Notes: generated from the sequence alone by a model not told the origin. A DNA stretch of 64,000 nt from an uncultured delta proteobacterium (GCA_963745835.1 CAVUZH010000003.1:1280001-1344000), one strand, 5' to 3'; counted from the first letter of the stretch, positions 41,712 through 52,674 are shown. Made by a program: numbers and translations.

Positions 41712-41717
41712 TCAATG

Positions 41718-42662
41718 CTAATTCTTGTAGGGGAGCTTCAATCGATCAAATACGGCACGAGCCGCTTGGACGTCTTCGTGCATCTGAATCACCAGATCTC
41801 CTATTTCGGCAAACTTCCGCTCTTCTCTAATCCTCTGGACAAAACTCAGCTTTACCGGTTCCCCATAGATATCCTTTGCGAAATCCAAAATATAAGCCTC
41901 TATCGTGCGCGATCCTTCGCCGAACGTAGGATTGCGACCAACACTGCTGACGCTCACCCAACCCTGATCTTGTAACTCCAGAATGGTTGCATAAATACCG
42001 TCTTGAGGAAGAAGCTCGGTAGTGGCAGCCAAATTAGCTGTCGGAAAGCCCATGCTTCGGCCACGGCGGTGACCACTAACAACCGTGCCGGAAATGAAGT
42101 GATAGCGGCCGAGCATCGGCTGAACTTCATCTACGCGACCTTGTACGATTAACTGCCGGATTCGCGAACTGCTTATCCGCTTTCCGTCAACGAGGATGGG
42201 CTCAACGATACCGACGCCAAAACCCAGTTCACTGCCCCAACGAATCAGGTCTTCCGCGTCTCCCTCGCGAGCATGGCCAAACCTTAAGTCTCTGCCGAAC
42301 CAGATCTTGGACAAATTAAGACGCTCAAGAAGATACCGTCGCACAAAATCCTCAGCCTGAATACTTGCGAAGCGACGATCAAAAGTCTGCACGATAACCG
42401 CATCCACTCCCACCGATTGCAGCATGTCCATCTTGTCCTGATGGTTTACAATCATCTGCGGCGCCCGTTCGGGCGCAAGCAATTTCAGTGGGTGAGGGTC
42501 GAAAGTAAAAACAACGGATTTAGTATGCCATTGTTTCGCTTCCGCTACTGCGTTGGCAACCAGGGCCTGATGACCGAGATGGATGCCGTCAAAATTCCCC
42601 ATAGTGACGACCGTCTTCAACTCAGGTCGACGAAAATCTTCGATGTCGCGAAAAACTTCCAT
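41718..42662 (-). CDS. ribF: Bifunctional riboflavin kinase/FAD synthetase
   Basis: GNFDGIHLGH, ISSSRIR, GFPTAN, GRNPTF. Confidence 0.96.
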   Translation of the reverse strand: MEVFRDIEDFRRPELKTVVTMGNFDGIHLGHQALVANAVAEAKQWHTKSVVFTFDPHPLKLLAPERAPQMIVNHQDKMDMLQSVGVDAVIVQTFDRRFASIQAEDFVRRYLLERLNLSKIWFGRDLRFGHAREGDAEDLIRWGSELGFGVGIVEPILVDGKRISSSRIRQLIVQGRVDEVQPMLGRYHFISGTVVSGHRRGRSMGFPTANLAATTELLPQDGIYATILELQDQGWVSVSSVGRNPTFGEGSRTIEAYILDFAKDIYGEPVKLSFVQRIREERKFAEIGDLVIQMHEDVQAARAVFDRLKLPYKN

Positions 42663-42757
42663 ATCTCTCGACTTCTGGTCTGGCCGAATGGGAATGCGGA
42701 GGTATCGATTGCTTCGCGCCAACCGACACAAGAGGGCGCATTAAAAGGGCGGGCGAA

Positions 42758-43594
42758 CTATGATTCAAGCGACCTTAATTTTTGCTTGGCTTGTGCCGCT
42801 TCCGGCGACTGTGCGTACTTCTCGACGACTTCCTGCAGGATCAATCGAGCATTTACCTTTTCACCCAGTTCAGCAAATGCGAAGCCTTGTTTTAGAAGGG
42901 CCGCGGGAACTTTGTCCGCTTGCGGGTATCTGCTGCGGACGGCATCAAACTCAAGAATCGCTTGATCGAATTCCCGTAAAGCATAGTGACTTTCGCCGAT
43001 CCAATACTGAGCATTAATGGCCAACTTGCTTTTCGGGTGCTTTTGGAGAAACTCCTTAAAGCGACCGATCGCAAGCCGATAATCTTTTTTCTCCAACGCT
43101 CGCCACGCGATTTCGTAGTCGGTTCTTACCGCCTCGTTTTCTGCAGCCGAGGCTTCCGTTTTTTCCGCAGAACTACCCCCTGCCACCGGCTGCTGCTGCC
43201 GAATATTTTTTTGAAGCTCCCTTAATTCTTCCTCGCGCGCTTTTAACTGTCCTTCCTGTGTTTTGAATCCTTCAGTTAATTTGGCAACCCGCGCTTCCAA
43301 ATCCTTGACCCGCTGATCGCCGTCCTTGCTAGATTGGCCGATTTGCCGACCCACTTGATAGCGAGTCTCCTCGATCCGTTCCTTGAGCGCGCTAAACTCG
43401 CGTTGCAGCTGCTGCATATTCGCTCTGGTGTCCGCTAGGCTCGAGCGCATCGACTCGACTTCGTTACGGATACTCGCATGGTCGCTACGAATCCGCCGTT
43501 GTTCACGCTCCAGCAACTCGATTTGCTGAGGTTGGGCGCAAGCAGATGCGGCGACAGAGAAGAGAGCTACTAGTAACATTCGGTGAATTTGCAT
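42758..43594 (-). CDS. cpoB: Tol-pal system protein CpoB/YbgF
   Basis: Signal peptide, coiled coil and TPR (NAQYWIGESHY); directly downstream of pal. Start could be 43615. Confidence 0.88.
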   Translation of the reverse strand: MQIHRMLLVALFSVAASACAQPQQIELLEREQRRIRSDHASIRNEVESMRSSLADTRANMQQLQREFSALKERIEETRYQVGRQIGQSSKDGDQRVKDLEARVAKLTEGFKTQEGQLKAREEELRELQKNIRQQQPVAGGSSAEKTEASAAENEAVRTDYEIAWRALEKKDYRLAIGRFKEFLQKHPKSKLAINAQYWIGESHYALREFDQAILEFDAVRSRYPQADKVPAALLKQGFAFAELGEKVNARLILQEVVEKYAQSPEAAQAKQKLRSLES

Positions 43595-43630
43595 CTTGTC
43601 TGACCTCGCCGGCATGGAGTGGCTCAGCTG

Positions 43631-44227
43631 TTATGACGCCGGTCGGCTCGGAACTACGACGAAACGAGCACGACGATTCTGCCGCCAACAGTTTTCATTT
43701 GATTCGGTGCACACCGGGATCTCCTCACCATAACTGATCGTCGATATGCGTTCGGGAGAAATGCCTAGGCTAACGAGATAATCTTTGGCGGTTTGCGACC
43801 GTTTAGCGCCGAGCGCCAGGTTGTATTCGCTTGTTCCTCGTTCATCGCAATGCCCTTCCACCTCAATTCGAGCTGACGGATTGCTCTTAAGCCAATCTGC
43901 ATTGCCTCTGAGAACATCTCGAGCGTTGCCCCTGAGATCATAACTATCGTATTCAAACAGCACGTCCTTTAACGGGCTTGAAGCGGAAGTGACGGGCGGT
44001 TTGCCTTCTTTCAATTGATCTAGACTCGATGAAGTAGATGGAACAGTCGACTCCTTTGTAGTGCCGGCTCGTCCCTCACCTGCGCTCTTGGTAGCTGATC
44101 CCGAAGGAGTTGCAGATGATGATCCGACGCTTGCCCCATCAGGCTTAGTAGTCGATGGAGCGCAACCCAAGCTCAACAAAATAGAAGCAGCAACGATACC
44201 GTAGCACAGTATTCTAAAGTCGCCCAT
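43631..44227 (-). CDS. pal: Peptidoglycan-associated lipoprotein
   Basis: Lipobox SLGC; EGHCDERGTSEYNLALG, SYGEE, NRRA. Confidence 0.95.
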   Translation of the reverse strand: MGDFRILCYGIVAASILLSLGCAPSTTKPDGASVGSSSATPSGSATKSAGEGRAGTTKESTVPSTSSSLDQLKEGKPPVTSASSPLKDVLFEYDSYDLRGNARDVLRGNADWLKSNPSARIEVEGHCDERGTSEYNLALGAKRSQTAKDYLVSLGISPERISTISYGEEIPVCTESNENCWRQNRRARFVVVPSRPAS

Positions 44228-44278
44228 CGTAACTCCTTTTTCGGGAACTTGCGCAGAATCAATATGAAATTGAAGAGG

Positions 44279-45601
44279 TTATTCTAACCGAGGAGACCAA
44301 CTCGGCTTTGTATCATCTCCCCCAGAACCTGTCAATCTACGTTGATTTTCGCCAGTGGCTTGCATCACGTATAGATGGTAGCGCCCGGCACGATTTGAGG
44401 AAAATACAATAAACCGGCCATCGGGTGACCACGCCGGATCTTCGTTGTCGAATCCATTATTGGTAAGTCGCGTCGGTTCCCCGCCATCCACAGCGATGCT
44501 GAAAACTGAAAACCGACCGCCAACCCTGCTTATGTAGGCGATTCTATCGCCAGCCGGGGACCAGTCGGGTGAAGTGTTATAACTCCCGCTATAGGTCAAG
44601 CGTCGGGATTTGCCGCTGGCGACATCCAGAATATAGAGTTGGGGCGACCCGCTTCGGTCCGAAACGAACACCAGTTGCCGACCGTCCGGCGACCACGAAG
44701 GCGAAACATCGATGGCTGTATCATCGGTGAGCCGGCGCACAATATCGCCACTCCGTTCGAGCAGGTAAATGTCAGTATTTCCCCCCCGTTCGAGTGAAAC
44801 CGCGACATTTTGCCCATCGGGGGACCATTTGCCGCCGAGATTCAAGCCCGTACGGCTGGAAAACTTTAGGTCTTTGCCGCTGAATAACTCGAATAGATAA
44901 AGACTCGGATTTCTTTCCTTATAGGATGTATAGAGGATGGATTTTCCGTCCGGTGTCCACGACGGCGACAAATTGATAGTCCGATTATTTGTCACCTGGT
45001 ACTTCTCGCTGCCATCGAGATGGGCAACGTGAATCTCCTTAAAACGACCACCACCGGTTGATGTATAGGCGATTCGTGTATTGAAGATGCCCGGCACGCC
45101 AGTGAACTGTTTGATAATTTCATCGGCAAATTTGTGCGCTATGCGGCGAAAATCCCGTGCGCGCCCTGTATACCTTTTACCAATCGTTTCTCTTCCTTGA
45201 GTGACGTCGAACAGCCGAAGCTCCACCGTGACGTCATCGCCCTGAACAGAAAACCTGCCTTTTACCAGGCCCACCGCACCGATGGTCGACCAGTCTTTGA
45301 AATCAAATGTCCCCAGTGTATCGCCACTGCGTTGCGGGTGCTCGATGTAAGTTGCTCGGTCCAAAACTCGAAACCAACCGGAGAGATCAAGATCATAAAC
45401 GATAGCATCCGCCACACCTTCCGATATGCGTCCTGGATCAGCACCATTCCCGGTATTCTTGAGCGGCGAAATGGCTATCGGATATTTCGGCATTCCGGGG
45501 CCGATGACGTCAAGACGCACTTGCGCATAGCTCGCCGAGGCCTGCATGAGCAGATAGAAAATAATCGCTGAAGTAGTTTTTTGCTTCACATCATTCCTCA
45601 A
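44279..45601 (-). CDS. tolB: Tol-pal beta-propeller protein TolB
   Basis: AHKFADEI and multiple PD40 repeats (SPSWSPDG); start uncertain. Confidence 0.93.
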   Translation of the reverse strand: MRNDVKQKTTSAIIFYLLMQASASYAQVRLDVIGPGMPKYPIAISPLKNTGNGADPGRISEGVADAIVYDLDLSGWFRVLDRATYIEHPQRSGDTLGTFDFKDWSTIGAVGLVKGRFSVQGDDVTVELRLFDVTQGRETIGKRYTGRARDFRRIAHKFADEIIKQFTGVPGIFNTRIAYTSTGGGRFKEIHVAHLDGSEKYQVTNNRTINLSPSWTPDGKSILYTSYKERNPSLYLFELFSGKDLKFSSRTGLNLGGKWSPDGQNVAVSLERGGNTDIYLLERSGDIVRRLTDDTAIDVSPSWSPDGRQLVFVSDRSGSPQLYILDVASGKSRRLTYSGSYNTSPDWSPAGDRIAYISRVGGRFSVFSIAVDGGEPTRLTNNGFDNEDPAWSPDGRFIVFSSNRAGRYHLYVMQATGENQRRLTGSGGDDTKPSWSPRLE

Positions 45602-45602
45602 A

Positions 45603-46638
45603 CTACGGCTGAAAATTCATTTCAACCTGAGCGAAGTCCTTCCGGTACGACTCAGGTGGCGGAGGCAGGGGACTGGATTTCCTCAACGCGCGCAAGATCG
45701 ACTCGTCAAATGCAGCGTCTCCAGATGGTTCAGCGATTTTCAACCCGGTGATTTCCCCGTTGTCCTTAATGCTGAATCGGGCCAAGGCCTTCAAACTCCC
45801 CTTCTGGCCCGGCCACGCCCAATTTTCCTTGATCGTGTTAACGATCTTAGCTTGGTACATGAAAAATTCAGCACCTCTAACCGCCGTACCACCGCCCCGG
45901 CCGCCTTGACCAAGTGCCGCCGCTCCGTCACCTTCTCCGGGACCCACACTGAGGACCTCTCCGCCTTTGGAACTAGCGGCTTTTTGTGTGCTTTCAGCGC
46001 GGCTTTTCACCCGATCGAGCGCGGACTGAATGAGCCTTTCACGCACCTTGTCCATAGCGGATTCATCCTGGCGCCGCAGCGCTCTTAATCTCCTTAGACT
46101 CTTTAGCCGGCTCCTGTTTAGGTTCTTCCCTCTTAATTTCTTTTTTAGGTTCTTCCTTTTTTAATGGCGTATTCTTTACAGCTAACTTGTCCTCAACCGG
46201 AAGTGTTTTCTCAGTGGGTTTGACGGTTTTCTCGGGCTTTTCCAACTTTTCACTTTTATCCGGCTTGGGGATTTCGGTTTTTGCGGGCTTCTCAGATTTC
46301 TCCTGCAGTTTCGGTTTGGCCTGTTTGACTTCAGGAGCCGGGGCCGCGGGTTCGGAGTTAACCTTTTTGGGCGGATCTTTGGGGCTTGTGGCAGGAGAAA
46401 GCTCAGTGCCGGTTCGGTTACCGCCGATTTTTTCTCCTCCGACTAAGTCTACGGTATAGATGGGTGGCGCGGGACGCGTGACAGATGGAAAATAAGGCGA
46501 GAAGATCAATGCTATCAGGACTGCGCCGTGCAAAATAAACGAGAAAACTAACCAATTCGACAGCCGATCGTCTCTCCCCACCGATGCAAGCGACTTTTCT
46601 TCTGACGCAATGGTTTTGCTGTTGGACTCACCTGCCAT
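45603..46638 (-). CDS. tolA: TolA/TonB-like protein (apparent frameshift near 46070)
   Basis: TM with SFILHG motif and K/E/P-rich linker; TonB-C-like domain (SGDAAFDESILRA) in the next frame; lies between tolR and tolB. Confidence 0.8.
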
Positions 46639-46640
46639 TG

Positions 46641-47063
46641 CTATCCGTCTTCTAACGTCGGACGAGTCACCATCCCCACTCTGTCGATACCGGCTTGCTT
46701 TAATTCGGCTATCGTTTGCATTACCAAACCGTAGCGAACATCTTGATCCGCCCTGACGTAAACTTGCTTATCGGCTAGATTAGTGCGAATAGCGCGCATC
46801 TTCGCGCCCAACTCATCCAAACTCATAACGTTATCATTTAAGTAGATCTTGCCATTCTTAGCAATGCTGACAACTAGCAGCTCGTCGGTACCAGGAATAG
46901 CGGCCGCTTTCGCTTGCGGCAAATTGACTTGTACTCCTTGTTGGATGATTGGCGCAGTCACCATGAAAATAACCAGCAGCACCAACATAACGTCAACAAG
47001 CGGAGTAACATTAATCTGCGAAATCGTCGTGCTGTCACGCGATGAAGCGGTGTCCATTGCCAT
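46641..47063 (-). CDS. tolR: TolR
   Basis: INVTPLVDVMLVLLVIFMVTAP, VRAD..VRYG. Confidence 0.93.
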   Translation of the reverse strand: MAMDTASSRDSTTISQINVTPLVDVMLVLLVIFMVTAPIIQQGVQVNLPQAKAAAIPGTDELLVVSIAKNGKIYLNDNVMSLDELGAKMRAIRTNLADKQVYVRADQDVRYGLVMQTIAELKQAGIDRVGMVTRPTLEDG

Positions 47064-47078
47064 CTGAACCTCTTTTAC

Positions 47079-47819
47079 TTATTTGAAGAAGTGGCGCTCA
47101 GCTATATTGAGAAATTCGTGAGAAAAATTGTCCATCTCAACAGCCAGCACCTTGATCTGTTGGACGAAGTAGTTGTAGGCCATTAGCGCCGGAATTGCGG
47201 CAGCCAGACCTACAGCAGTGGCGATCAATGCTTCGGCAATCCCTGGCGCCACCGCTTGAATGCTCGATGAATGTGTCGTGCTAAGGCCCATGAATGCGTT
47301 CATAATGCCCCACACCGTGCCAAAAAGTCCTATGAATGGCGCCGCGCTAGCGGTAGTGGCAAGAAAGGTGCAATATTTTTCCAGTTTCGTTATTTCGACA
47401 CTGGTCGCCCGTTTCATGGCCCTGGAAACATTATCGACGCCGCCCAACTCAGTCGTCAAGTTATCGCCGACAGGGGAATCCTTCTTTGAGCGAGATACCC
47501 GGACGAGCTCTTCATAACCCGAGCGAAAGACCTGGCCTACCGGACTAGATTTCAACTCCCGGCTGGCATCGTGTATCGAGGACAAGTTGCGTCTTTCCCA
47601 GAAGATTTCGATGAATTTCTGCGACTCTTTTTTAGCCCTACGCATCTGCCGGAACTTGTACGCGATAATACCCCACCCGACAACCGAAAATAGAACCAGC
47701 AAGTAGAGAATTGCTTGAACAACGATGCCTGATCCCCGAACGAGATCGAGAATCCCATGCGGTTGCGGAACAAATGAGCCATTTTGGGCCAAAAGGTGGA
47801 GCGACCAGAAAGAAAACAT
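47079..47819 (-). CDS. tolQ: TolQ
   Basis: APFIGLFGTVWGIM, VAPGIAEALIATAVGL. Confidence 0.93.
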   Translation of the reverse strand: MFSFWSLHLLAQNGSFVPQPHGILDLVRGSGIVVQAILYLLVLFSVVGWGIIAYKFRQMRRAKKESQKFIEIFWERRNLSSIHDASRELKSSPVGQVFRSGYEELVRVSRSKKDSPVGDNLTTELGGVDNVSRAMKRATSVEITKLEKYCTFLATTASAAPFIGLFGTVWGIMNAFMGLSTTHSSSIQAVAPGIAEALIATAVGLAAAIPALMAYNYFVQQIKVLAVEMDNFSHEFLNIAERHFFK

Positions 47820-47923
47820 GATGGATTTTGAAATGTTAATTGAAAAAATATTATAACCTCTGTTATTAGTCAATTAGTAAATGCGTATTTCTCAACATTA
47901 ATCGTTCAATTTAGGACGTACGT

Positions 47924-49104
47924 ATGATTTGCGGCATTGATCAAATCGACACCGCCGGAAAGACAGTATTCTTACGAGTCGACTTCAATGTACCTCTCGA
48001 CAAAGGCAAAATCACCGAACCGCATCGCATCGAAAGCGCTGTGCCGACCATCCGAATGATCCTAGACAAGTCAAAGAAAGTAATCATCGCTTCCCATCTG
48101 GGCCGTCCAGGCGGGAGGAAGGATCTGAAATTCAGCCTAGCACCCGTATGTGAGTATCTGGAAAAGTCTCTAAGCCAACCAGTAGTCCTGGCTCCCGATT
48201 GCGTTGGCTCTGAAACTGAGGAACTCGCCCGTGATCCAAACTCGCGAATTGTTCTGCTTGAAAACTTGCGCTTTCATCCCGAAGAGGAAAACAACGATGC
48301 GATTTTCTCCCGCGCTCTTGCCGCGTTGGCCGATGTCTATGTCAATGATGCTTTCGGCGCGGCGCATCGCGCCCATGCTTCCACGGCTGGTATGGCGGCC
48401 TTTTTCGAGGTCAAAGCTGCCGGCCTTTTGCTACAACGAGAGCTCGACTATCTCTCGCGCGTAGTGACGGGCCCAGAAAAGCCTTTCATCGCAATTCTGG
48501 GCGGAGCGAAGGTTTCAGATAAGATCGGCGTCATCAAAAATTTATTACCCAAACTAGACGCGTTGCTTGTCGGCGGGGGAATGGCCTACACGTTTCTGAA
48601 AGCTAACGGAATCAATATCGGGCGCTCGCTGATCGAACAAGATAAGATTTCTGTTGCAAAAGAGCTGATGACAGACGCGGTCAAACACATGGAGTCAAAG
48701 TACTCCTGCCGACGGATCATTTGACTGGAGATGAAAACAAAGAGAATTCTTCCACCAGTGATGTTAACATCTCAGAAGGACGTATTGGATTGGATATTGG
48801 CCCACGAACAATAGATCGCTTCATCGAGGAGATCGGCAGATCCAAAATGGTGCTTTGGAATGGTCCTGTCGGACTATTTGAAGTAGAGCCCTTCGATCAA
48901 GGAAGTAAAGCGTTGGCCCAAGCACTCGCCGCTCATCGGTCCGACATCGTCAGTATTGTTGCCGGCGGCGATACGGTTGCCGCAGTTACGGCCGCGGGGG
49001 TTGCTGATCACATTACTCACCTCTCGACTGGAGGCGGGGCGACTTTGGAGTTTTTAGAAGGGCGTGAGCTTCCCGGCATCAGGGCACTTGAGAAAACCGC
49101 ATGA
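47924..49104 (+). CDS. pgk: Phosphoglycerate kinase (apparent frameshift near 48685)
   Basis: RVDFNVP, SHLGRP, LENLRF and GGAKVSDK, then DIGP, WNGP and STGGGA in the next frame. Confidence 0.93.
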
Positions 49105-49853
49105 ACCCGTTGGTTGTCGGCAATTGGAAGATGAACGGGACCTTGTCACAGGCGTCGAGCCTTGCCGCCGCTATCGTTCAAGGTACCAGTCAAAAATCTC
49201 CGAAAGCTGCCCTGGTATTGGCGCCGCCCGCAACAGCCTTGGCTAGCGTACAAGAAAGGATCGCTAGCTCGGGAATCTCGCTGGCCGGCCAGAACTGCCA
49301 TTGGGAAGACAACGGCGCGTTCACCGGCGAGATCAGCCCGGCTATGCTAGCGGATTTGGGTTGCACATACGTGATCGTGGGTCACTCGGAGCGCCGCCAT
49401 ATCTTCAACGAGAGCGATGAAATCACCACGAGAAAATTAGCAGCTGCCATGAGAAACAATCTTCGCCCAATCCTTTGTGTCGGTGAAACTCTCGATCAAC
49501 GCAACGCCGGTAGGACTATGGAGGTTATTTTGCGGCAGATCCAACTTGCGTTGAAGGAGCCAAACGAAAATGTTATAGGAAACCTCGACATTGCTTATGA
49601 GCCAGTCTGGGCTATCGGAACCGGTCACAACGCAGATCCCAGCCAAATCGCTGAAGTCCATGGGGCAATTCGCAGTCACCTGACGAACTCGTTCGGCAAA
49701 GCTAGCGTTCGGATCTTATACGGCGGCAGCGTAAACGCTGAAAATGCCAAGGACCTCAGTAGAATTTCAGAAGTGAACGGCCTTCTTGTGGGAGGAGCAA
49801 GTCTAAAGCCGGAAAGCTTTCTCGGAGTAGTTCGTTGCTTCGACGACGAGTAA
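49101..49853 (+). CDS. tpiA: Triosephosphate isomerase
   Basis: GNWKMN, GHSERR, AYEPVWAIGTG, YGGSV, LVGGASL. Confidence 0.97.
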   Translation: MNPLVVGNWKMNGTLSQASSLAAAIVQGTSQKSPKAALVLAPPATALASVQERIASSGISLAGQNCHWEDNGAFTGEISPAMLADLGCTYVIVGHSERRHIFNESDEITTRKLAAAMRNNLRPILCVGETLDQRNAGRTMEVILRQIQLALKEPNENVIGNLDIAYEPVWAIGTGHNADPSQIAEVHGAIRSHLTNSFGKASVRILYGGSVNAENAKDLSRISEVNGLLVGGASLKPESFLGVVRCFDDE

Positions 49854-49857
49854 AAAT

Positions 49858-50238
49858 ATGGTTATAGCAGTTACCATCGTACACATTATTGTTTGTATCG
49901 GATTGATATTGGTTGTCTTGCTGCAAACCGGCAAAGGAGCCGAAATCGGTGCTGTATTCGGCGGCGGTTCTAGCTCGACGATTTTTGGCAGCAGCGGTGC
50001 AGGAAATTTTTTAACTAAGCTTACAACGGCGATGGCTATCGTCTTCATGATCACTTCTCTGACCCTGGGATATTTCGCCGGGCAGCGACCATCGGCAACG
50101 ATTTTTGATAGTCGCAGCCCCGCGTCGCAGCCCGGAGCTCCTGCGGCGCCGGCTAAAGAAGAAGCAGGGTCGACAAAATCCGTTGATAAAACCGCAGCAC
50201 CCTCAGAACAACAACCCGACGGAGCCACGAGTCGATAA
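49858..50238 (+). CDS. secG: Preprotein translocase subunit SecG
   Basis: VLLQTGKGAEIGAVFGGG, NFLTKLT; canonical tpiA-secG-tRNA-Leu order. Confidence 0.95.
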   Translation: MVIAVTIVHIIVCIGLILVVLLQTGKGAEIGAVFGGGSSSTIFGSSGAGNFLTKLTTAMAIVFMITSLTLGYFAGQRPSATIFDSRSPASQPGAPAAPAKEEAGSTKSVDKTAAPSEQQPDGATSR

Positions 50239-50254
50239 TATCAACAAATTATTT

Positions 50255-50341
50255 GCGAGGATGGCGGAATCGGCAGACGCGCTAGTTTGAGGGGCTAGTG
50301 CCCGAAAGGGCGTAGGGGTTCAACTCCCCTTCCTCGCACCA
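50255..50341 (+). tRNA. tRNA-Leu (anticodon GAG)
   Basis: GCGAGGATGGCGGAATCGGCAGACGCG-CTAGT TT GAG GG GCTAG, long variable arm GCCCGAAAGGGC, GGTTCAACTCC...CCTCGCACCA. Confidence 0.97.
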
Positions 50342-50599
50342 TTCCCAATCCGTTTCGGGGAGCTTTTTCATTCTGATCCTTCTGTCTGAATAGTCGTTAG
50401 AATCTGCTTCTTTCTCCTCGATGGATACGGCGGTTTAGTTGGTTCCGAATTCCAGCTGATTGGCCCTCACCGTTTAGCTGCCATTTTTGTCGCCCTGAGT
50501 TCGATGCTGTCGATTTTTTGACCAGCGACAAATTTGGTTCTGCCCTATAGCAACTCAGTTTCGCTCATGAATATAGATGCTTACGGCGCCGCGGCATGA

Positions 50600-50615
50600 T
50601 GGCATAAGCCTTGCT
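50600..50615 (+). promoter_or_regulatory. Sigma-54 (-24/-12) promoter
   Basis: TGGCATAAGCCTTGCT matches TGGCA-N6-TTGC(A/T) with exact GG-N10-GC spacing, 25 nt before an ATG. Confidence 0.7.
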
Positions 50616-50640
50616 CGATTGCGATCATTCGGGAGCATCT

Positions 50641-50850
50641 ATGATTATGAAACCAGCCGACACCGCGATTAAGTTACTGACTCTAGCTGAGGCGGCGACT
50701 ATTCTGAAAATTTCGAAACGAACGCTGCATCGCATGATTCAGCACCGCCAGATCCCCGCCTTCAAAGTCGGCGGGCAGTGGCGAATTCTGGAGAGTCGGT
50801 TCCAGGAATGGGTGCAAGAAGAAGAGAATCTCGCGCCCAAAGCGGGTTAA
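50641..50850 (+). CDS. Small excisionase-like helix-turn-helix DNA-binding protein
   Basis: LLTLAEAATILKISKRTLHRMI...IPAFKVGGQWRI; GGAG RBS. Confidence 0.88.
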   Translation: MIMKPADTAIKLLTLAEAATILKISKRTLHRMIQHRQIPAFKVGGQWRILESRFQEWVQEEENLAPKAG

Positions 50851-50974
50851 ATCCGGCAGCAAAGCAAAAGCCCTCCTTGCGATAGAACCGTTCCCGAAAA
50901 ACACCTCCGCCGCAAACCTCCTTCCTACTGCAGACTCCGCGAAACCGAAATAACTGCTTGTATCTGCTCAGTCG

Positions 50975-52444
50975 TCAGTCGCCTGCTTCAGCAAATCCAT
51001 ACGATTGCCAGTTTTTGATAACTTTCTCCTGTAAGTGGCTCGGCCAAAGATTTTCGAGGGTGGCTTTCACCGGAATGCTTTCCGGTGGCCAATCCTTGGG
51101 CCAAGTACAGTCAAAGATGACTCCGGCGGCATCACCGATCAGGCGGTCTTTTGGCGACAAGAACGGCAGCAGGACTGGGAATCCCGGATTATGTGGTACC
51201 TGATGAATTCCATTTACCGGATGACACTTGGTCGTCATCGCATGAAGAACTTCATCCATGTTGGTGGGATCTACGTCGGCATCGACAATGACAATGTAAT
51301 AGGTAAACAGCCCCGGCTTCGTCGCCCAGACAGCGTGGGCTACGCGACGGGCATAATTCACAAACGGAACTTCAGTTGCCACCACCGCCATATGTCCAAC
51401 CGCATAGGGTGGACAGAATGCCCCCTTTACCGGAAAACCTAGTTTTCTAAGCTCAGAGTATATCTCCGCGCCCTTGATTAATGCGGTTGCAGTCTGGCCT
51501 TCATGCACCGGCATTCCCATGTTCGAGAAAGGCAGAATTGGATCGTTTCGATAAGTTATCGCGTTGATCTTCATGATCGGCTTCGGTGAAGATTTCCCCG
51601 CTTCATATCCCATGTACTCGCCAAAAGGTCCTTCGACCATGCGCTCGTGTGGCAATACTTCTCCTTCAAGGACGATCTCAGCAGTCGCTGGAACATCAAG
51701 ATCGACGGTTTCGCATCTCACCAACGAAATCGGCGCATTTTGCAATCCGCCAGCAACATCTACCTCATTCACGTGCGCCGGTATTTGGACGCAGCTCACG
51801 ATCGGTATGACAGGCTGGCCGCCAATTGCTACTGCGATAGGCATTGACCGATTCATCGCCTCATATTTTTGATACATCTGGCCGATATGTTGTTGCAGCG
51901 GGAAAAGACATCCCAGCGTGTTTCGATCGTGGACCATCAGGCGGTACATTCCCCAGTTGACCCATGAACCATCTGGATCCTTGGTGATAACCGTGTGCCA
52001 CGTCCCAATGTACCGCCCGCCATCGCCGCCATGGATCAACGGAATGGGAAATTTAAGAACATCCACGTCGGCCCCTTTCATGATATTTTCTTTACACGGG
52101 CCTGTGCTCACCACGATGGGCTTGATCAAGTTTTTTCTACGTTGCAAATAGGTCTGCATAATTTCTTTTGCTGACGCGCTGGGTCGCAGGCTCAGCGCCA
52201 ATGCAGTGCGAGCAAATAACGAATGCCCCCGCTTCTTACTTGCGCCCAACGGTGCGCCCAGCGTCCGGAATCCCTGCGGATAACCTTTGATGTTCTCGAA
52301 CAACGCCGCCGGCGCGCCAACGTCATAACAGCGTCGCGTGATCGCGCCCATTTCGAGATTCCAATCGACTGGTACTTTGATCCTTTGAACTTCGTCGAAC
52401 TCTTCCAGCAATTCCAGAAAATCTCTGAGGTCATCCATTTTCAT
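50975..52444 (-). CDS. UbiD-family (prFMN-dependent) (de)carboxylase
   Basis: DLRDFL, HGGDGGRY, NWGMYR, EIVLEG, EGPFGEYMGY. Confidence 0.92.
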   Translation of the reverse strand: MKMDDLRDFLELLEEFDEVQRIKVPVDWNLEMGAITRRCYDVGAPAALFENIKGYPQGFRTLGAPLGASKKRGHSLFARTALALSLRPSASAKEIMQTYLQRRKNLIKPIVVSTGPCKENIMKGADVDVLKFPIPLIHGGDGGRYIGTWHTVITKDPDGSWVNWGMYRLMVHDRNTLGCLFPLQQHIGQMYQKYEAMNRSMPIAVAIGGQPVIPIVSCVQIPAHVNEVDVAGGLQNAPISLVRCETVDLDVPATAEIVLEGEVLPHERMVEGPFGEYMGYEAGKSSPKPIMKINAITYRNDPILPFSNMGMPVHEGQTATALIKGAEIYSELRKLGFPVKGAFCPPYAVGHMAVVATEVPFVNYARRVAHAVWATKPGLFTYYIVIVDADVDPTNMDEVLHAMTTKCHPVNGIHQVPHNPGFPVLLPFLSPKDRLIGDAAGVIFDCTWPKDWPPESIPVKATLENLWPSHLQEKVIKNWQSYGFAEAGD

Positions 52445-52617
52445 TGTTCTCTCCTTGGGCCGGACGCGGCCTCCACCTGAGTGGGAAGCGTAGCAAAGGT
52501 GCGAACTTGCTCAACTCGATCCATTCTTCAGCAACGTTCAAAATTGATTGCTTTCGAGCTTGATCCATCTAAGACAACTTCATGGCATAAGGCGTGACCC
52601 GACTCGGGATTCTTTGG

Positions 52618-52646
52618 TGGACAAAGTCAGGAAGGTCATTTATATT
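52618..52646 (+). promoter_or_regulatory. Sigma-70-like promoter for the bactofilin gene
   Basis: TGGACA-17 nt-TATATT. Confidence 0.5.
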
Positions 52647-52674
52647 CTCTGGCTTATAAGGAAAGGGGAAACTT

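Noticed and set aside
32218-49104. Pseudogenes or programmed frameshifting in rseP, cdsA, tolA and pgk
   Set aside because: No other decay and no shared slippery motif; best explained as sequencing error.
50255-50850. Prophage/ICE at tRNA-Leu
   Set aside because: Only a lone HTH gene; I saw no integrase, phage genes or duplicated tRNA 3' end downstream.
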